A DNA stretch of 64,000 nt, taken from the sequence record LR756500.1, one strand, 5' to 3'. How positions within the stretch are numbered: position 1 is the first letter of the stretch; every line of letters starts with the position of its first letter. The position numbers and the translations under genes are program-made. Below, in pieces: positions 40,255 to 48,724 of the stretch. Under the pieces are notes generated by a model. It saw nothing but the letters and a program-made list of their open reading frames with translations, had not been told where the DNA came from and did no database searches.

Positions 40255-40276
40255 GAAGGGGCCCGAAAGCCCCTTC
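40255..40276 (-). terminator. GC-rich terminator hairpin after the AAA ATPase
   Basis: gaaggggc/gccccttc 8-bp stem, followed by taatttt on the minus strand. Confidence 0.65.
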
Positions 40277-40294
40277 CAATAGATTCTCTCTTAA

Positions 40295-41773
40295 TTACAA
40301 ATTTTTGACCTTATGTAAAATTTCTTCAACTTTTTCTGGTCCAAATAATGTTATAAAGGTTTCTCCAGTTATTTCAGCTTTAGATTTCTCTTTTTTGCCT
40401 TCAGTTAAAGCAATATGTTGCTTAAATGATTCTGCTGCTACTTCAATATCCTCAGGGGTAAGTTTTGAACTTTTTCCTCCTTCACGATACATAGCATACA
40501 TTTTAGCTTTGTTAATTACTTCTGTTGCAAAAGCTGGAACAATACCTGATAATGATTTTGCAGCTATTGAATAATCTTTATCTTGATAGATGATTGATTT
40601 ACCTTCAGCATTTCTTGCGAATTTTTTAATAAATTCTAAAGCTGTATCTTCATCAAGTGCACCCATTAAAATTAAACTGTCGATACGACCGGCACGTAAA
40701 AATGCTTTATTGATATTCTCAAGATGATTTGTTGTAAGAATAGTAATGATTGGTTTATCTTTAGTATCCATTCCATCAAGTGTATTAAGAATGTCATTGA
40801 TAGCTGCTGTTCTTGTTCCTTCTGTTGCTTTATCGATATCTTCGGCAAATATTACAGCAGGAGCGTACATTTCAGCAAGTCTTAATGCATTTTTTAATTG
40901 AGAGCATTGTTCTAAATAAATAAAAGTCCAATTATTTTCAACTGCAATTTTTGATGTTCCTCTTGCTAAGAAAGTTTTTCCGGTACCATAAGGTCCTGCA
41001 AGAAGACAACCATGTTTTAATGGAATTTTATTTTTGATACATTCGTCAGTTCTTTGAATTCTCAATAATACAGATGAAAAATCTTTTCTTGCTGTTTTAG
41101 TTAAAAGAATATCTTCCCATTTAACTTTAGATACATCAATAAAATTTGGATTTGGTGGAAAAACATTTGTATTCTCCATAAAACTTAAATCAACTTTAAA
41201 AGCTTTTCCTTTATAGATACTTTCTTCAGCTAAAATTCTTTGAGTTTCGTCAGCAATTTTTTGAGTAACTTCTTCGAATTTTCTTTTAATTTTTCCGGAA
41301 ATTTTAAATTCCATTGTTGCATTATTGTATTTAGTTTCAAGATATGAATCGCTATCCATACCAGGAAATTGCATACGTCCCCAAGGAACTTTAATATGTG
41401 AACCATCAGGAAGTTTAATGTCAATCATTTCAGGTGGTTCAGCTCCTGAAGGACCATTAACTGAAGTTAAATCGGCAAATCCAAATAAGTTAGTAATTGC
41501 TTTGTACATAGCATACGCTCCATCAAATGGATATGCTTTCATAGAAGCATTAAAATTAACTTGCTGTTCTTCTGATTCTTCTTTTCTTTTCAACCATTTA
41601 CGAGCATCGTCATATCCCATGCCTTCTGGAAGAATAATTTTAGTACCAGAGCGAACAATGTCAACGGATTTAAACTCTACTTTTTTGCTTCCGCCTTTTC
41701 CTAAAATTTCATCATAAAGTTCTTGATGAACTCCAAAAGGTTTTTCTTTTGTTTTTTCGAGTGTGTCATTCAT
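40295..41773 (-). CDS. AAA+ ATPase (classical AAA clade, no protease domain)
   Basis: Walker A GPYGTGKT, Walker B IFAEDID, SRH TTNHLENINKAFLRAGRID. Confidence 0.9.
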   Translation of the reverse strand: MNDTLEKTKEKPFGVHQELYDEILGKGGSKKVEFKSVDIVRSGTKIILPEGMGYDDARKWLKRKEESEEQQVNFNASMKAYPFDGAYAMYKAITNLFGFADLTSVNGPSGAEPPEMIDIKLPDGSHIKVPWGRMQFPGMDSDSYLETKYNNATMEFKISGKIKRKFEEVTQKIADETQRILAEESIYKGKAFKVDLSFMENTNVFPPNPNFIDVSKVKWEDILLTKTARKDFSSVLLRIQRTDECIKNKIPLKHGCLLAGPYGTGKTFLARGTSKIAVENNWTFIYLEQCSQLKNALRLAEMYAPAVIFAEDIDKATEGTRTAAINDILNTLDGMDTKDKPIITILTTNHLENINKAFLRAGRIDSLILMGALDEDTALEFIKKFARNAEGKSIIYQDKDYSIAAKSLSGIVPAFATEVINKAKMYAMYREGGKSSKLTPEDIEVAAESFKQHIALTEGKKEKSKAEITGETFITLFGPEKVEEILHKVKNL

Positions 41774-41784
41774 AAAAATAAAAA

Positions 41785-42063
41785 TTAAGTGTTTAATAAA
41801 ATACTACATTGTGTTATAATTTGTTTTAATTCTTGTTCTGTTCCTTCTAAACATGCTATTTTAATTGTATTATTAATAGAATTAAGTATTTCGCATTTAT
41901 CGCTTTGTTTTATTCCAAAATAATATGTACAATAATTACCTTTGTCTTTATCTATCCAAGATTTAGCTTGTGAATATGTACCAATAACATTTTTGCAATG
42001 TATTAATACATCATTTTGTATTTTTCGTAATTCAATAGGATATCCAGCAAATGTTAAATTCAT
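41785..42063 (-). CDS. Hypothetical protein
   Basis: 92 aa ORF packed between ligA-C and the ATPase. Confidence 0.55.
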   Translation of the reverse strand: MNLTFAGYPIELRKIQNDVLIHCKNVIGTYSQAKSWIDKDKGNYCTYYFGIKQSDKCEILNSINNTIKIACLEGTEQELKQIITQCSILLNT

Positions 42064-42064
42064 A

Positions 42065-43255
42065 TTAAAATAAACTTACTTGGTTATACTTAGTATTTGA
42101 TTTTTCTTGCTGCTTAGTATTAGATTGTTTTGTATTTGATTCATTATTAGAACCTCCCATTAATTTAATTAATGATGGATCTTTAATAACATTTTTTAGA
42201 AAATCTTCATATGTCATTACCTGAATTTTACTTCCTTTCTTTTTAAGAGATTCAGCTTTAACCATTTTCGTTGAACCAGAATCCATAGATGCAGTTAATA
42301 AATATGCACTATTTTCATCTAATTTATCTTGTACATATCCATAACTTTTTAAGTAATCAAACCAATCGTTTTTATGCTTTAAATGTCCAATAACGGGAGG
42401 TGTTCCAGTCATTTCAATTGCAATAAGTGATCCATCTACTTCTTGCGGATATTCTACAGTAATGAAATTATCCTTTAATAAAGATAAAAATCTCATTACA
42501 CGTTGATATTGATTTGAATTTTTATCAGTTAATTGTGAAATAGCTTCTTTATTTAAATGATTAAAATCATATTCTATACCTGCAATATAATTAGCTAATT
42601 GTTCCGAAACAGAAGAACCGGTATCCTTAAACTTTAGTGATTCAATCACTTGTTTAAGGGATACCGTATCGACTGAATTGACACCATCGATTATTACTTC
42701 TAATGCTCTTCCGTTTACGAATTTTCCACTTCTTACTAATGATATTTTATTAAATTTCTTTTTATCGAAATAATCTTCAACTGTTTTAATTCCAGCTGCA
42801 TATAAATCTTTAACAGCTGACATTCCAACATCTTTAAAACCGAATATTTTAACAGCAGCTTCTATTTTCTTCAACACTTGTGCAGGACATTCAGGATTAA
42901 TACACCATAAATGTTTATCATCTTCTGTCAATAATTCTCCGCATGATGGACAATTTGTGGGTAGGTTTGTTTTTAAAGTCGATTTAATTACAACTTTATA
43001 AATTTGAGGAATAATATCTCCAGCTTTAGCTACTAACACTTGAGCTCCAGGCCATGCTCCCATTTTATCTATTCTGTCTTTATTAAATAAAGTTGCTCTC
43101 TGAACAGTTGTACCATCTAATTCAATAGGTTTCATTATTGCTGTAGGTACAACTTCACCAGTAGTTCCAGTATTCCATTCTATATCTATAATTGTTGTTA
43201 TAGCATCTTTTGGGGGAAACTTTATTGCAATTGCCCAGAGTGCTGTTTTTTTCAT
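42065..43255 (-). CDS. ligA: NAD-dependent DNA ligase, C-terminal part (motif V, OB fold, Zn finger, HhH, BRCT-like)
   Basis: WAIAIKFP, TGEVVPTAIMKPIELDGTTVQRATL, GDIIPQI, CPSC...CINPEC, BRCT-like EMTG... Confidence 0.9.
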   Translation of the reverse strand: MKKTALWAIAIKFPPKDAITTIIDIEWNTGTTGEVVPTAIMKPIELDGTTVQRATLFNKDRIDKMGAWPGAQVLVAKAGDIIPQIYKVVIKSTLKTNLPTNCPSCGELLTEDDKHLWCINPECPAQVLKKIEAAVKIFGFKDVGMSAVKDLYAAGIKTVEDYFDKKKFNKISLVRSGKFVNGRALEVIIDGVNSVDTVSLKQVIESLKFKDTGSSVSEQLANYIAGIEYDFNHLNKEAISQLTDKNSNQYQRVMRFLSLLKDNFITVEYPQEVDGSLIAIEMTGTPPVIGHLKHKNDWFDYLKSYGYVQDKLDENSAYLLTASMDSGSTKMVKAESLKKKGSKIQVMTYEDFLKNVIKDPSLIKLMGGSNNESNTKQSNTKQQEKSNTKYNQVSLF

Positions 43256-43256
43256 A

Positions 43257-44270
43257 TTAAAATATTAAAAATTCAAAATTTAAACCTTGTTTAATACATG
43301 CATCTCTTTTTAAATAAATAACATCAGCATGTAATTTAATACTCCAATTAGATTTAACTTCTACTATTTTATTTTCAGATTTAATATAAATATCTGGAAA
43401 ATAGCGATGTTTAGAACCATCTAATTTATAATAATAAATTCTTCCTATTTCATTTTCTATATCTATTGCTTTTATACATATATCAGATTCTATATAACCA
43501 TCTTTAAATAATTTATCTAAAGCTTTATTTTCATAACCTTGAATTTTAATAATACTTCCAGATGGTAAAGTATATGATTTATATTGTAGTGTTTTATTCA
43601 TTACTTTCATATATTGATCACTATTTTGCATTGGATGGTCTGTTCCATATTTTTCTTTCCATTTTTTAAGTATTTTAATTCTTACTTCTGGAATCCACAT
43701 ACCATTATTTACACCATATCTATTTAATAAAGTATTTTTAATTTTATTTTGTACTTCTGGTATTTGACTTGCATTTTCAACTCCATATAGTTTTAAATAT
43801 GTATTTTTAATTTTGTCTCTAATTTCCTTTGATTTCCATTGATGATCTACATTATATAATTTTAAACATGTTTTACGTGATGATTCTAAAATTTTATTTT
43901 GTACAACTTTACTTTTTCTAGGATTATCAACTCCAAATTTTTTAATACAAGTATTTCTAACTGTTTCTCTAAATTCATATGAACTACTTGAACATTTTCT
44001 TGAACAAAATTTTCTATAATTTCTATTTTTTAAACAAAAACTATTAACTGGTTTTTTACATTCTTTACATATAGGAATATCATAAATATTATTGATTATA
44101 TGCCATACTCTATGATAAATACTTATTCTTTTAAATTTATCATTTAAAAAATTAGTTTCATTTAAAATAGAATTATACATATTTTTATATTTATTTTGTT
44201 TAGTTACTTTATCTAAAATATTAGAATTAAACAATTCCATTATAATTATTAAATCTTCTTGTGTTATCAT
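43257..44270 (-). CDS. Putative homing endonuclease inserted in ligA
   Basis: CKEC...CSRKC, KYGV repeats, YFPDIYIKSENKIVEVKS; paralogue of 3999-5204. Confidence 0.75.
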   Translation of the reverse strand: MITQEDLIIIMELFNSNILDKVTKQNKYKNMYNSILNETNFLNDKFKRISIYHRVWHIINNIYDIPICKECKKPVNSFCLKNRNYRKFCSRKCSSSSYEFRETVRNTCIKKFGVDNPRKSKVVQNKILESSRKTCLKLYNVDHQWKSKEIRDKIKNTYLKLYGVENASQIPEVQNKIKNTLLNRYGVNNGMWIPEVRIKILKKWKEKYGTDHPMQNSDQYMKVMNKTLQYKSYTLPSGSIIKIQGYENKALDKLFKDGYIESDICIKAIDIENEIGRIYYYKLDGSKHRYFPDIYIKSENKIVEVKSNWSIKLHADVIYLKRDACIKQGLNFEFLIF

Positions 44271-44296
44271 GATATATTTTTATTTTATATATCATG
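44268..44296 (-). promoter_or_regulatory. Perfect 10-bp hairpin covering the endonuclease start codon
   Basis: catgatatat (44268-44277) pairs with atatatcatg (44287-44296); the ATG is at 44270-44268. Confidence 0.7.
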
Positions 44297-44328
44297 AAAA
44301 TTTTATAGTAATTACCCATACCAATAAT

Positions 44329-45177
44329 TTATCTAAATCCTATAGTATTTCTATACTTTTCATCTCCTTTTATTACCATTCCATCTAATTGAAATGGTGA
44401 ATATTTTTCTCTATATTCTTCAAATTCATCATAAATTTTCTTAAATTCTTTAATATCGTTAAAATATTTGACATAAATAGGATATTCTTTATTAAAACCT
44501 AAATTTGTTAAAATATCTATAGTTTTATTTTTTAGTGGAAATTCAAAACTATTACCTTTATGAATTCTTAATTCGTAAGCAACAAAAACTAAATCTTTTA
44601 TAATATCTTTATTAATTTCATCTCTAGATAATATTCCAGCTACAAAATTTCTAGCATTTTTAAATTTTTTAGCATATTTTTTATCAAATATTTTTATAGG
44701 TATAACTACTTCTCCTCTAACTTCAATTTTTTCTTGAATTGAAATTTTGTTAGGAACTATAAAAAGCATTTTACTTTTTTGATCAAATCCATTTTCACCG
44801 TCTCCTCTTGTTAAAGCATTTTCTAAAATTCCGTATTCATATACAAGATTCATAGAATTTCCATCAAATTTAGGAGTTACTTCAAATTCATAAACTCCTT
44901 TTGATTTAATATTTAATGACCAGTTATCAAATTCAGATATTACTTTTTGCATGTCATTACTATCATAAACACTTAATTTACCTAAAGTTCCCATTGGAGA
45001 TGGATGAAGAAATTTTCCAGCTTTAACTGATCCAACAATAAAAGGAACAGTTGAACCGGCTTCTTTTAATTTTTCTTCTAAAATATCAAACTCTGCATCA
45101 GTCATTATAGGATTACCTGCATAGTAAGTATCTTTAGCTTTTAAATATAATGTTTCTTTATCTTTTAAATTAAGCAT
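44329..45177 (-). CDS. ligA: NAD-dependent DNA ligase, N-terminal adenylation part
   Basis: YYAGNPIMTDAEFD, motif I PKFDG, ALTRGDG, EVRGEV, RNFVAG, motif IV LDGMVIK; stops at IGFR. Confidence 0.9.
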   Translation of the reverse strand: MLNLKDKETLYLKAKDTYYAGNPIMTDAEFDILEEKLKEAGSTVPFIVGSVKAGKFLHPSPMGTLGKLSVYDSNDMQKVISEFDNWSLNIKSKGVYEFEVTPKFDGNSMNLVYEYGILENALTRGDGENGFDQKSKMLFIVPNKISIQEKIEVRGEVVIPIKIFDKKYAKKFKNARNFVAGILSRDEINKDIIKDLVFVAYELRIHKGNSFEFPLKNKTIDILTNLGFNKEYPIYVKYFNDIKEFKKIYDEFEEYREKYSPFQLDGMVIKGDEKYRNTIGFR

Positions 45178-45185
45178 ATTCTAAA

Positions 45186-45680
45186 TTATTGTTTAAACAT
45201 TTTTATAATACTATCTGTAGGCATATTATAGATTAAATTTATTAAATAATCTTTTCTTGATTTTAAATCTTCAAAAATAAAATCTCCAAAATAAATTTGT
45301 ATAAGTGTTATATCTTCGTTACGATTTAAATCAATTAAAGAATTATTTTTAAATATTTCCATTTTAGAAGAGTTCAAATAATCTTTTAAATAAAAATTTG
45401 ATTTATATGCATTTGAGTATAATGATTCTTTAATAATCAATACAACATCATTTCCTGAATACAAAAAAGTATTATATTTTTTAATTGTATAAACAGCTTC
45501 AAATGGAATTTTTATTGTTGATGCATCTTTACTTTTAATATTTAAAGTATCACTTATAATACCAAACATATAAATATTTTCTATTCTATTATTTACTGTT
45601 GTTTCATGCGAATATTCATATATAAGTACTCCAACTATTATAAGAACTAATAAAATACATAAATATAAAAGATATTTCAT
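45186..45680 (-). CDS. Hypothetical membrane-anchored protein
   Basis: N-terminal hydrophobic helix LLYLCILLVLIIVGVLIY. Confidence 0.55.
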   Translation of the reverse strand: MKYLLYLCILLVLIIVGVLIYEYSHETTVNNRIENIYMFGIISDTLNIKSKDASTIKIPFEAVYTIKKYNTFLYSGNDVVLIIKESLYSNAYKSNFYLKDYLNSSKMEIFKNNSLIDLNRNEDITLIQIYFGDFIFEDLKSRKDYLINLIYNMPTDSIIKMFKQ

Positions 45681-45697
45681 TTAATTAAAATTTATAT

Positions 45698-45715
45698 GTA
45701 AATATAATAATAAAG
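45698..45715 (-). promoter_or_regulatory. Candidate early promoter CTTTATTATTATATTTAC (identical at 59388-59405, 17/18 at 52963-52980)
   Basis: Repeated 18-mer 17-26 nt upstream of minus-strand ATGs; TATATTTA resembles the Bacteroidota -7 element TAnnTTTG. Confidence 0.55.
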
Positions 45716-45750
45716 GACCTAAAATAAAACTATATAAACATTTATTTATG

Positions 45751-46188
45751 TTAGACATTATTTTCTATTAATTCATCTAATTTTTTACAATAATTATCAT
45801 ACCAAATCTTAACATCTTCTCTATGTTTGTTTACTAATTCATTATAAGCCTCTCTGCAATCATATTCACTCTTAAATAATTTAAGATCATATTCTGTTCT
45901 ATGATTAAATGTTAATTGTTTACTAACTATTTTCCCTCTTTTACCAATTGCATTTAAATTTGAATTTTGACGTAATGCATGAAAATTATTAATAGATTTA
46001 AATCTAGCAAGATTAGTTTGCCAACTATCATTTTTAATTTTTATAATAACTTCAGTCGGTTTTATATGTGTATCTGCTGAAGATTTTTGTTGTCGTTTTG
46101 AATATTCGCAAATCCAACAAATAAATTGACCATCAATATCGTTATTAAAAAAATCTTTAATTTCGTCAAAAGTAATTAATCCATTCAT
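45751..46188 (-). CDS. Hypothetical protein
   Basis: 145 aa ORF. Confidence 0.55.
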   Translation of the reverse strand: MNGLITFDEIKDFFNNDIDGQFICWICEYSKRQQKSSADTHIKPTEVIIKIKNDSWQTNLARFKSINNFHALRQNSNLNAIGKRGKIVSKQLTFNHRTEYDLKLFKSEYDCREAYNELVNKHREDVKIWYDNYCKKLDELIENNV

Positions 46189-46192
46189 ATTT

Positions 46193-46759
46193 TTAAATTT
46201 TATTTTTTAATCTTTTTTCTTCTCCTTTTAAAACATTTACAACTGATTCAAAATCATTAGTTCTTCTAATCTGAGTCTCTAATTTATTTTTAGCTAAGAT
46301 AGTATCAACAGATAATGAGTCTGCAAGTCTTAAATAAGAATCTAACTGTTTAAATATTATAGATGGATTTTTTATAACTATGTTAGTTATATTAAAATCA
46401 TATGTTTGTTTAAGTTCTTCAGATGATGATTTAATAAAATTATCAATAAAAGTTTTAAATGTTTCATCTGAAATTAAATCATTATATTTTAAGAATGATC
46501 CATAATAAATTAATCTATCAGAAAAAACTTTTTTAACTTTAATTATAGATAATGAATCTGAATCATAAGTAATATTTATGGAAATATTTTTAAATAATAA
46601 TGAATCTCTAGTTACAAATCCTAAACTATCAATTAATAATGTTTTAGATTTATTTAATTCAATGTTTTTACTAGTATTATCATTCTTAAAAAAATATAAG
46701 TAAATAAGAAAAACCTGTAGAATTATAACAATAACTAATAATATTTTTATAGTTTTCAT
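46193..46759 (-). CDS. Hypothetical membrane-anchored protein
   Basis: N-terminal TM ILLVIVIILQVFLIYLYFF. Confidence 0.55.
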   Translation of the reverse strand: MKTIKILLVIVIILQVFLIYLYFFKNDNTSKNIELNKSKTLLIDSLGFVTRDSLLFKNISINITYDSDSLSIIKVKKVFSDRLIYYGSFLKYNDLISDETFKTFIDNFIKSSSEELKQTYDFNITNIVIKNPSIIFKQLDSYLRLADSLSVDTILAKNKLETQIRRTNDFESVVNVLKGEEKRLKNKI

Positions 46760-47003
46760 ATTTTTTCTCTTTCTAATTTTTCATTTATGGCTTCAGCAAT
46801 CCAATTACCTACTTCATCTTGATATTTAGCAGCTGCATCCATATCAATATTTCCTTTTTTATCTTTAAACATATTTTGAATATGTCCCAACCTCTCATTT
46901 CAGCAAGCATCTGACTACCACCTTTAGGCTCATTTATCCAAAAATATTGTCCACCATATTTATCATAAGTAACTTTTCCGTTAATTAAATCTTTTATTTG
47001 CAT
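46756..47003 (-). pseudogene. Small gene with a one-base frameshift at a G run (about 46886-46888)
   Basis: Adding one G after RGW gives GHIQNMFKDKKGNIDMDAAAKYQDEVGNWIAEAINEKLEREKI, ending in an ATGA overlap with the next start. Confidence 0.6.
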
Positions 47004-47029
47004 ATTATCTAACAGTAATTTATTGTAAT

Positions 47030-47485
47030 TTATACTATTTCTGTTTCATGTTCTATACCATATTCATCTATGTAAAATAAATCAACGCCTTCAAATACTA
47101 AAAATGAATATTCAGTTTCTGCTTGTACACCTTCATAAAATTCATTTGCAAAATCTATATTATTTTTTCCTAGATATTCTTCTTTATCTTCATATTCAGA
47201 TTCTTCAAACATTAGTATAGATAAAAATTTACAATCATCCTCTGTTATTTGTTTAGCATCAATATGTTTTTTTATTCTATATTTTTCAAGACTTACTCCC
47301 CAATGTCCTGGAGTAGGTTGTAATTTATTCAATAATAAACAATATCGTTCTAAATAAGGATTATCTAAAGATACTATCACTTCTTTTGATGTATTACCAT
47401 TAGAATCGCCAATCATATAATTATATACTAACATATAATATGGATCATTTTTCTTTTTCTTATTTTTCTCTTTAATTTTTATCAT
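47030..47485 (-). CDS. Hypothetical protein
   Basis: 151 aa ORF. Confidence 0.55.
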   Translation of the reverse strand: MIKIKEKNKKKKNDPYYMLVYNYMIGDSNGNTSKEVIVSLDNPYLERYCLLLNKLQPTPGHWGVSLEKYRIKKHIDAKQITEDDCKFLSILMFEESEYEDKEEYLGKNNIDFANEFYEGVQAETEYSFLVFEGVDLFYIDEYGIEHETEIV

Positions 47486-47486
47486 T

Positions 47487-47804
47487 TTATTTTGTGTTTT
47501 TTAATAGTTGTGATAATTTTATTATTTCATTTTTAGTTTTTATAATTAGTAATTTTTTATTTTCAATTAAAGTTAAAATATCATTCTGATTATTCCATTC
47601 TTTAATTGCTGCTATTTTACAAGCATTAATTTTTACTTTATTATCGCATTGTTTATTTTTACATTGTGCACTTGATATAAAACCATATTTATCTGCATAT
47701 TCATAAATATGAATATCATCATTTCCACATTTAATACATTTTGCTACATAATGTTCAACTATTTCTTCAGTCGATGGTATTAGTACATTTTGTTTGTATA
47801 TCAT
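47487..47804 (-). CDS. Small zinc-ribbon protein (Lar-like CxxC...CxxxxC, AIKEWN)
   Basis: CIKCGN...CKNKQC...AAIKEWN. Confidence 0.5.
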   Translation of the reverse strand: MIYKQNVLIPSTEEIVEHYVAKCIKCGNDDIHIYEYADKYGFISSAQCKNKQCDNKVKINACKIAAIKEWNNQNDILTLIENKKLLIIKTKNEIIKLSQLLKNTK

Positions 47805-47817
47805 AACTCATTTTTAT

Positions 47818-48714
47818 TTAATTTTCACTAATTTCTATAAATATTTCGTTAACTTGTGGAAAATCTTCTTTAATATGTAATTTGATGTGATCAACTGTAT
47901 CTTCTATTTTGTATCCTCTTGTAAAATCTCCCACACTTATAGATAATAATAATAAATATTGATTTTTTCCCATAGTCATCGTTTTAATTCTATTAATACG
48001 ATGAACCTCAACATTATCGTTAATTATTTCTTTAATTTTATTTCTATCTTCTCTTGGCATACTTTCACCTATTATTAGTTTTCTGAGTTCATTAGTTAGT
48101 GAAATAGCAACATAAGCTAAAATAAGTCCAATTATAATACTACCAATTGCATCAAATATAGGATTAAACAATGAAAGAATTGTACATATTAAAGCAACTA
48201 TTAAACCAGTCAATGCTGCAGCATCTTCTAATAATATAACAATTAAATTTATATCTATTGATTTTTTAATTTCTTTAAATAAATTTCCCTTTGAAGTTTT
48301 TCTAAATTGATTATATGCAACTAAAAAAGTTTTAGATTCAATAATAACTGAAATTCCTAATACTCCAATAGCCCACCAAAAAAATTCAATTGGTTGTGGA
48401 TTAGCTAATTTATGAAATCCTTCATATACTGAAAATGTTGCTCCTACGAAGAATAACAAAATAGCTACCATAAAGGCCCAAAAATATTCTTCTCGACCAT
48501 AACCAAAGGGATGTTGTTCATCACTAGGCTTTTTTGATCTTTTACTTCCTATAAGAAGAAATATTTGATTTAAACAATCTGCAGTTGAATGTATTGCTTC
48601 GGCCAACATTGATGCACTTTTTGTAAAAAATGCTGCTACAAATTTGCATATTGCTATTGTTGTATTTCCGACAAGTGCAGTAATTACTGCTTTTGTTGAA
48701 TTATCATGACTCAT
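47818..48714 (-). CDS. Cation diffusion facilitator (CDF) family transporter
   Basis: SASMLAEAIHSTAD, HPFGYGREEY, six TM helices, LLEDAAA, cytoplasmic C-terminal domain. Confidence 0.92.
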   Translation of the reverse strand: MSHDNSTKAVITALVGNTTIAICKFVAAFFTKSASMLAEAIHSTADCLNQIFLLIGSKRSKKPSDEQHPFGYGREEYFWAFMVAILLFFVGATFSVYEGFHKLANPQPIEFFWWAIGVLGISVIIESKTFLVAYNQFRKTSKGNLFKEIKKSIDINLIVILLEDAAALTGLIVALICTILSLFNPIFDAIGSIIIGLILAYVAISLTNELRKLIIGESMPREDRNKIKEIINDNVEVHRINRIKTMTMGKNQYLLLLSISVGDFTRGYKIEDTVDHIKLHIKEDFPQVNEIFIEISEN

Positions 48715-48724
48715 TTTTATTTAA

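Noticed and set aside
43256-44328. Group I intron or intein in ligA
   Set aside because: Only 58 nt and 1 nt flank the endonuclease ORF, the N-half ends in a stop, and the C-half has its own ATG; no intein C/S...HN ends. Splicing is not formally excluded without RT-PCR
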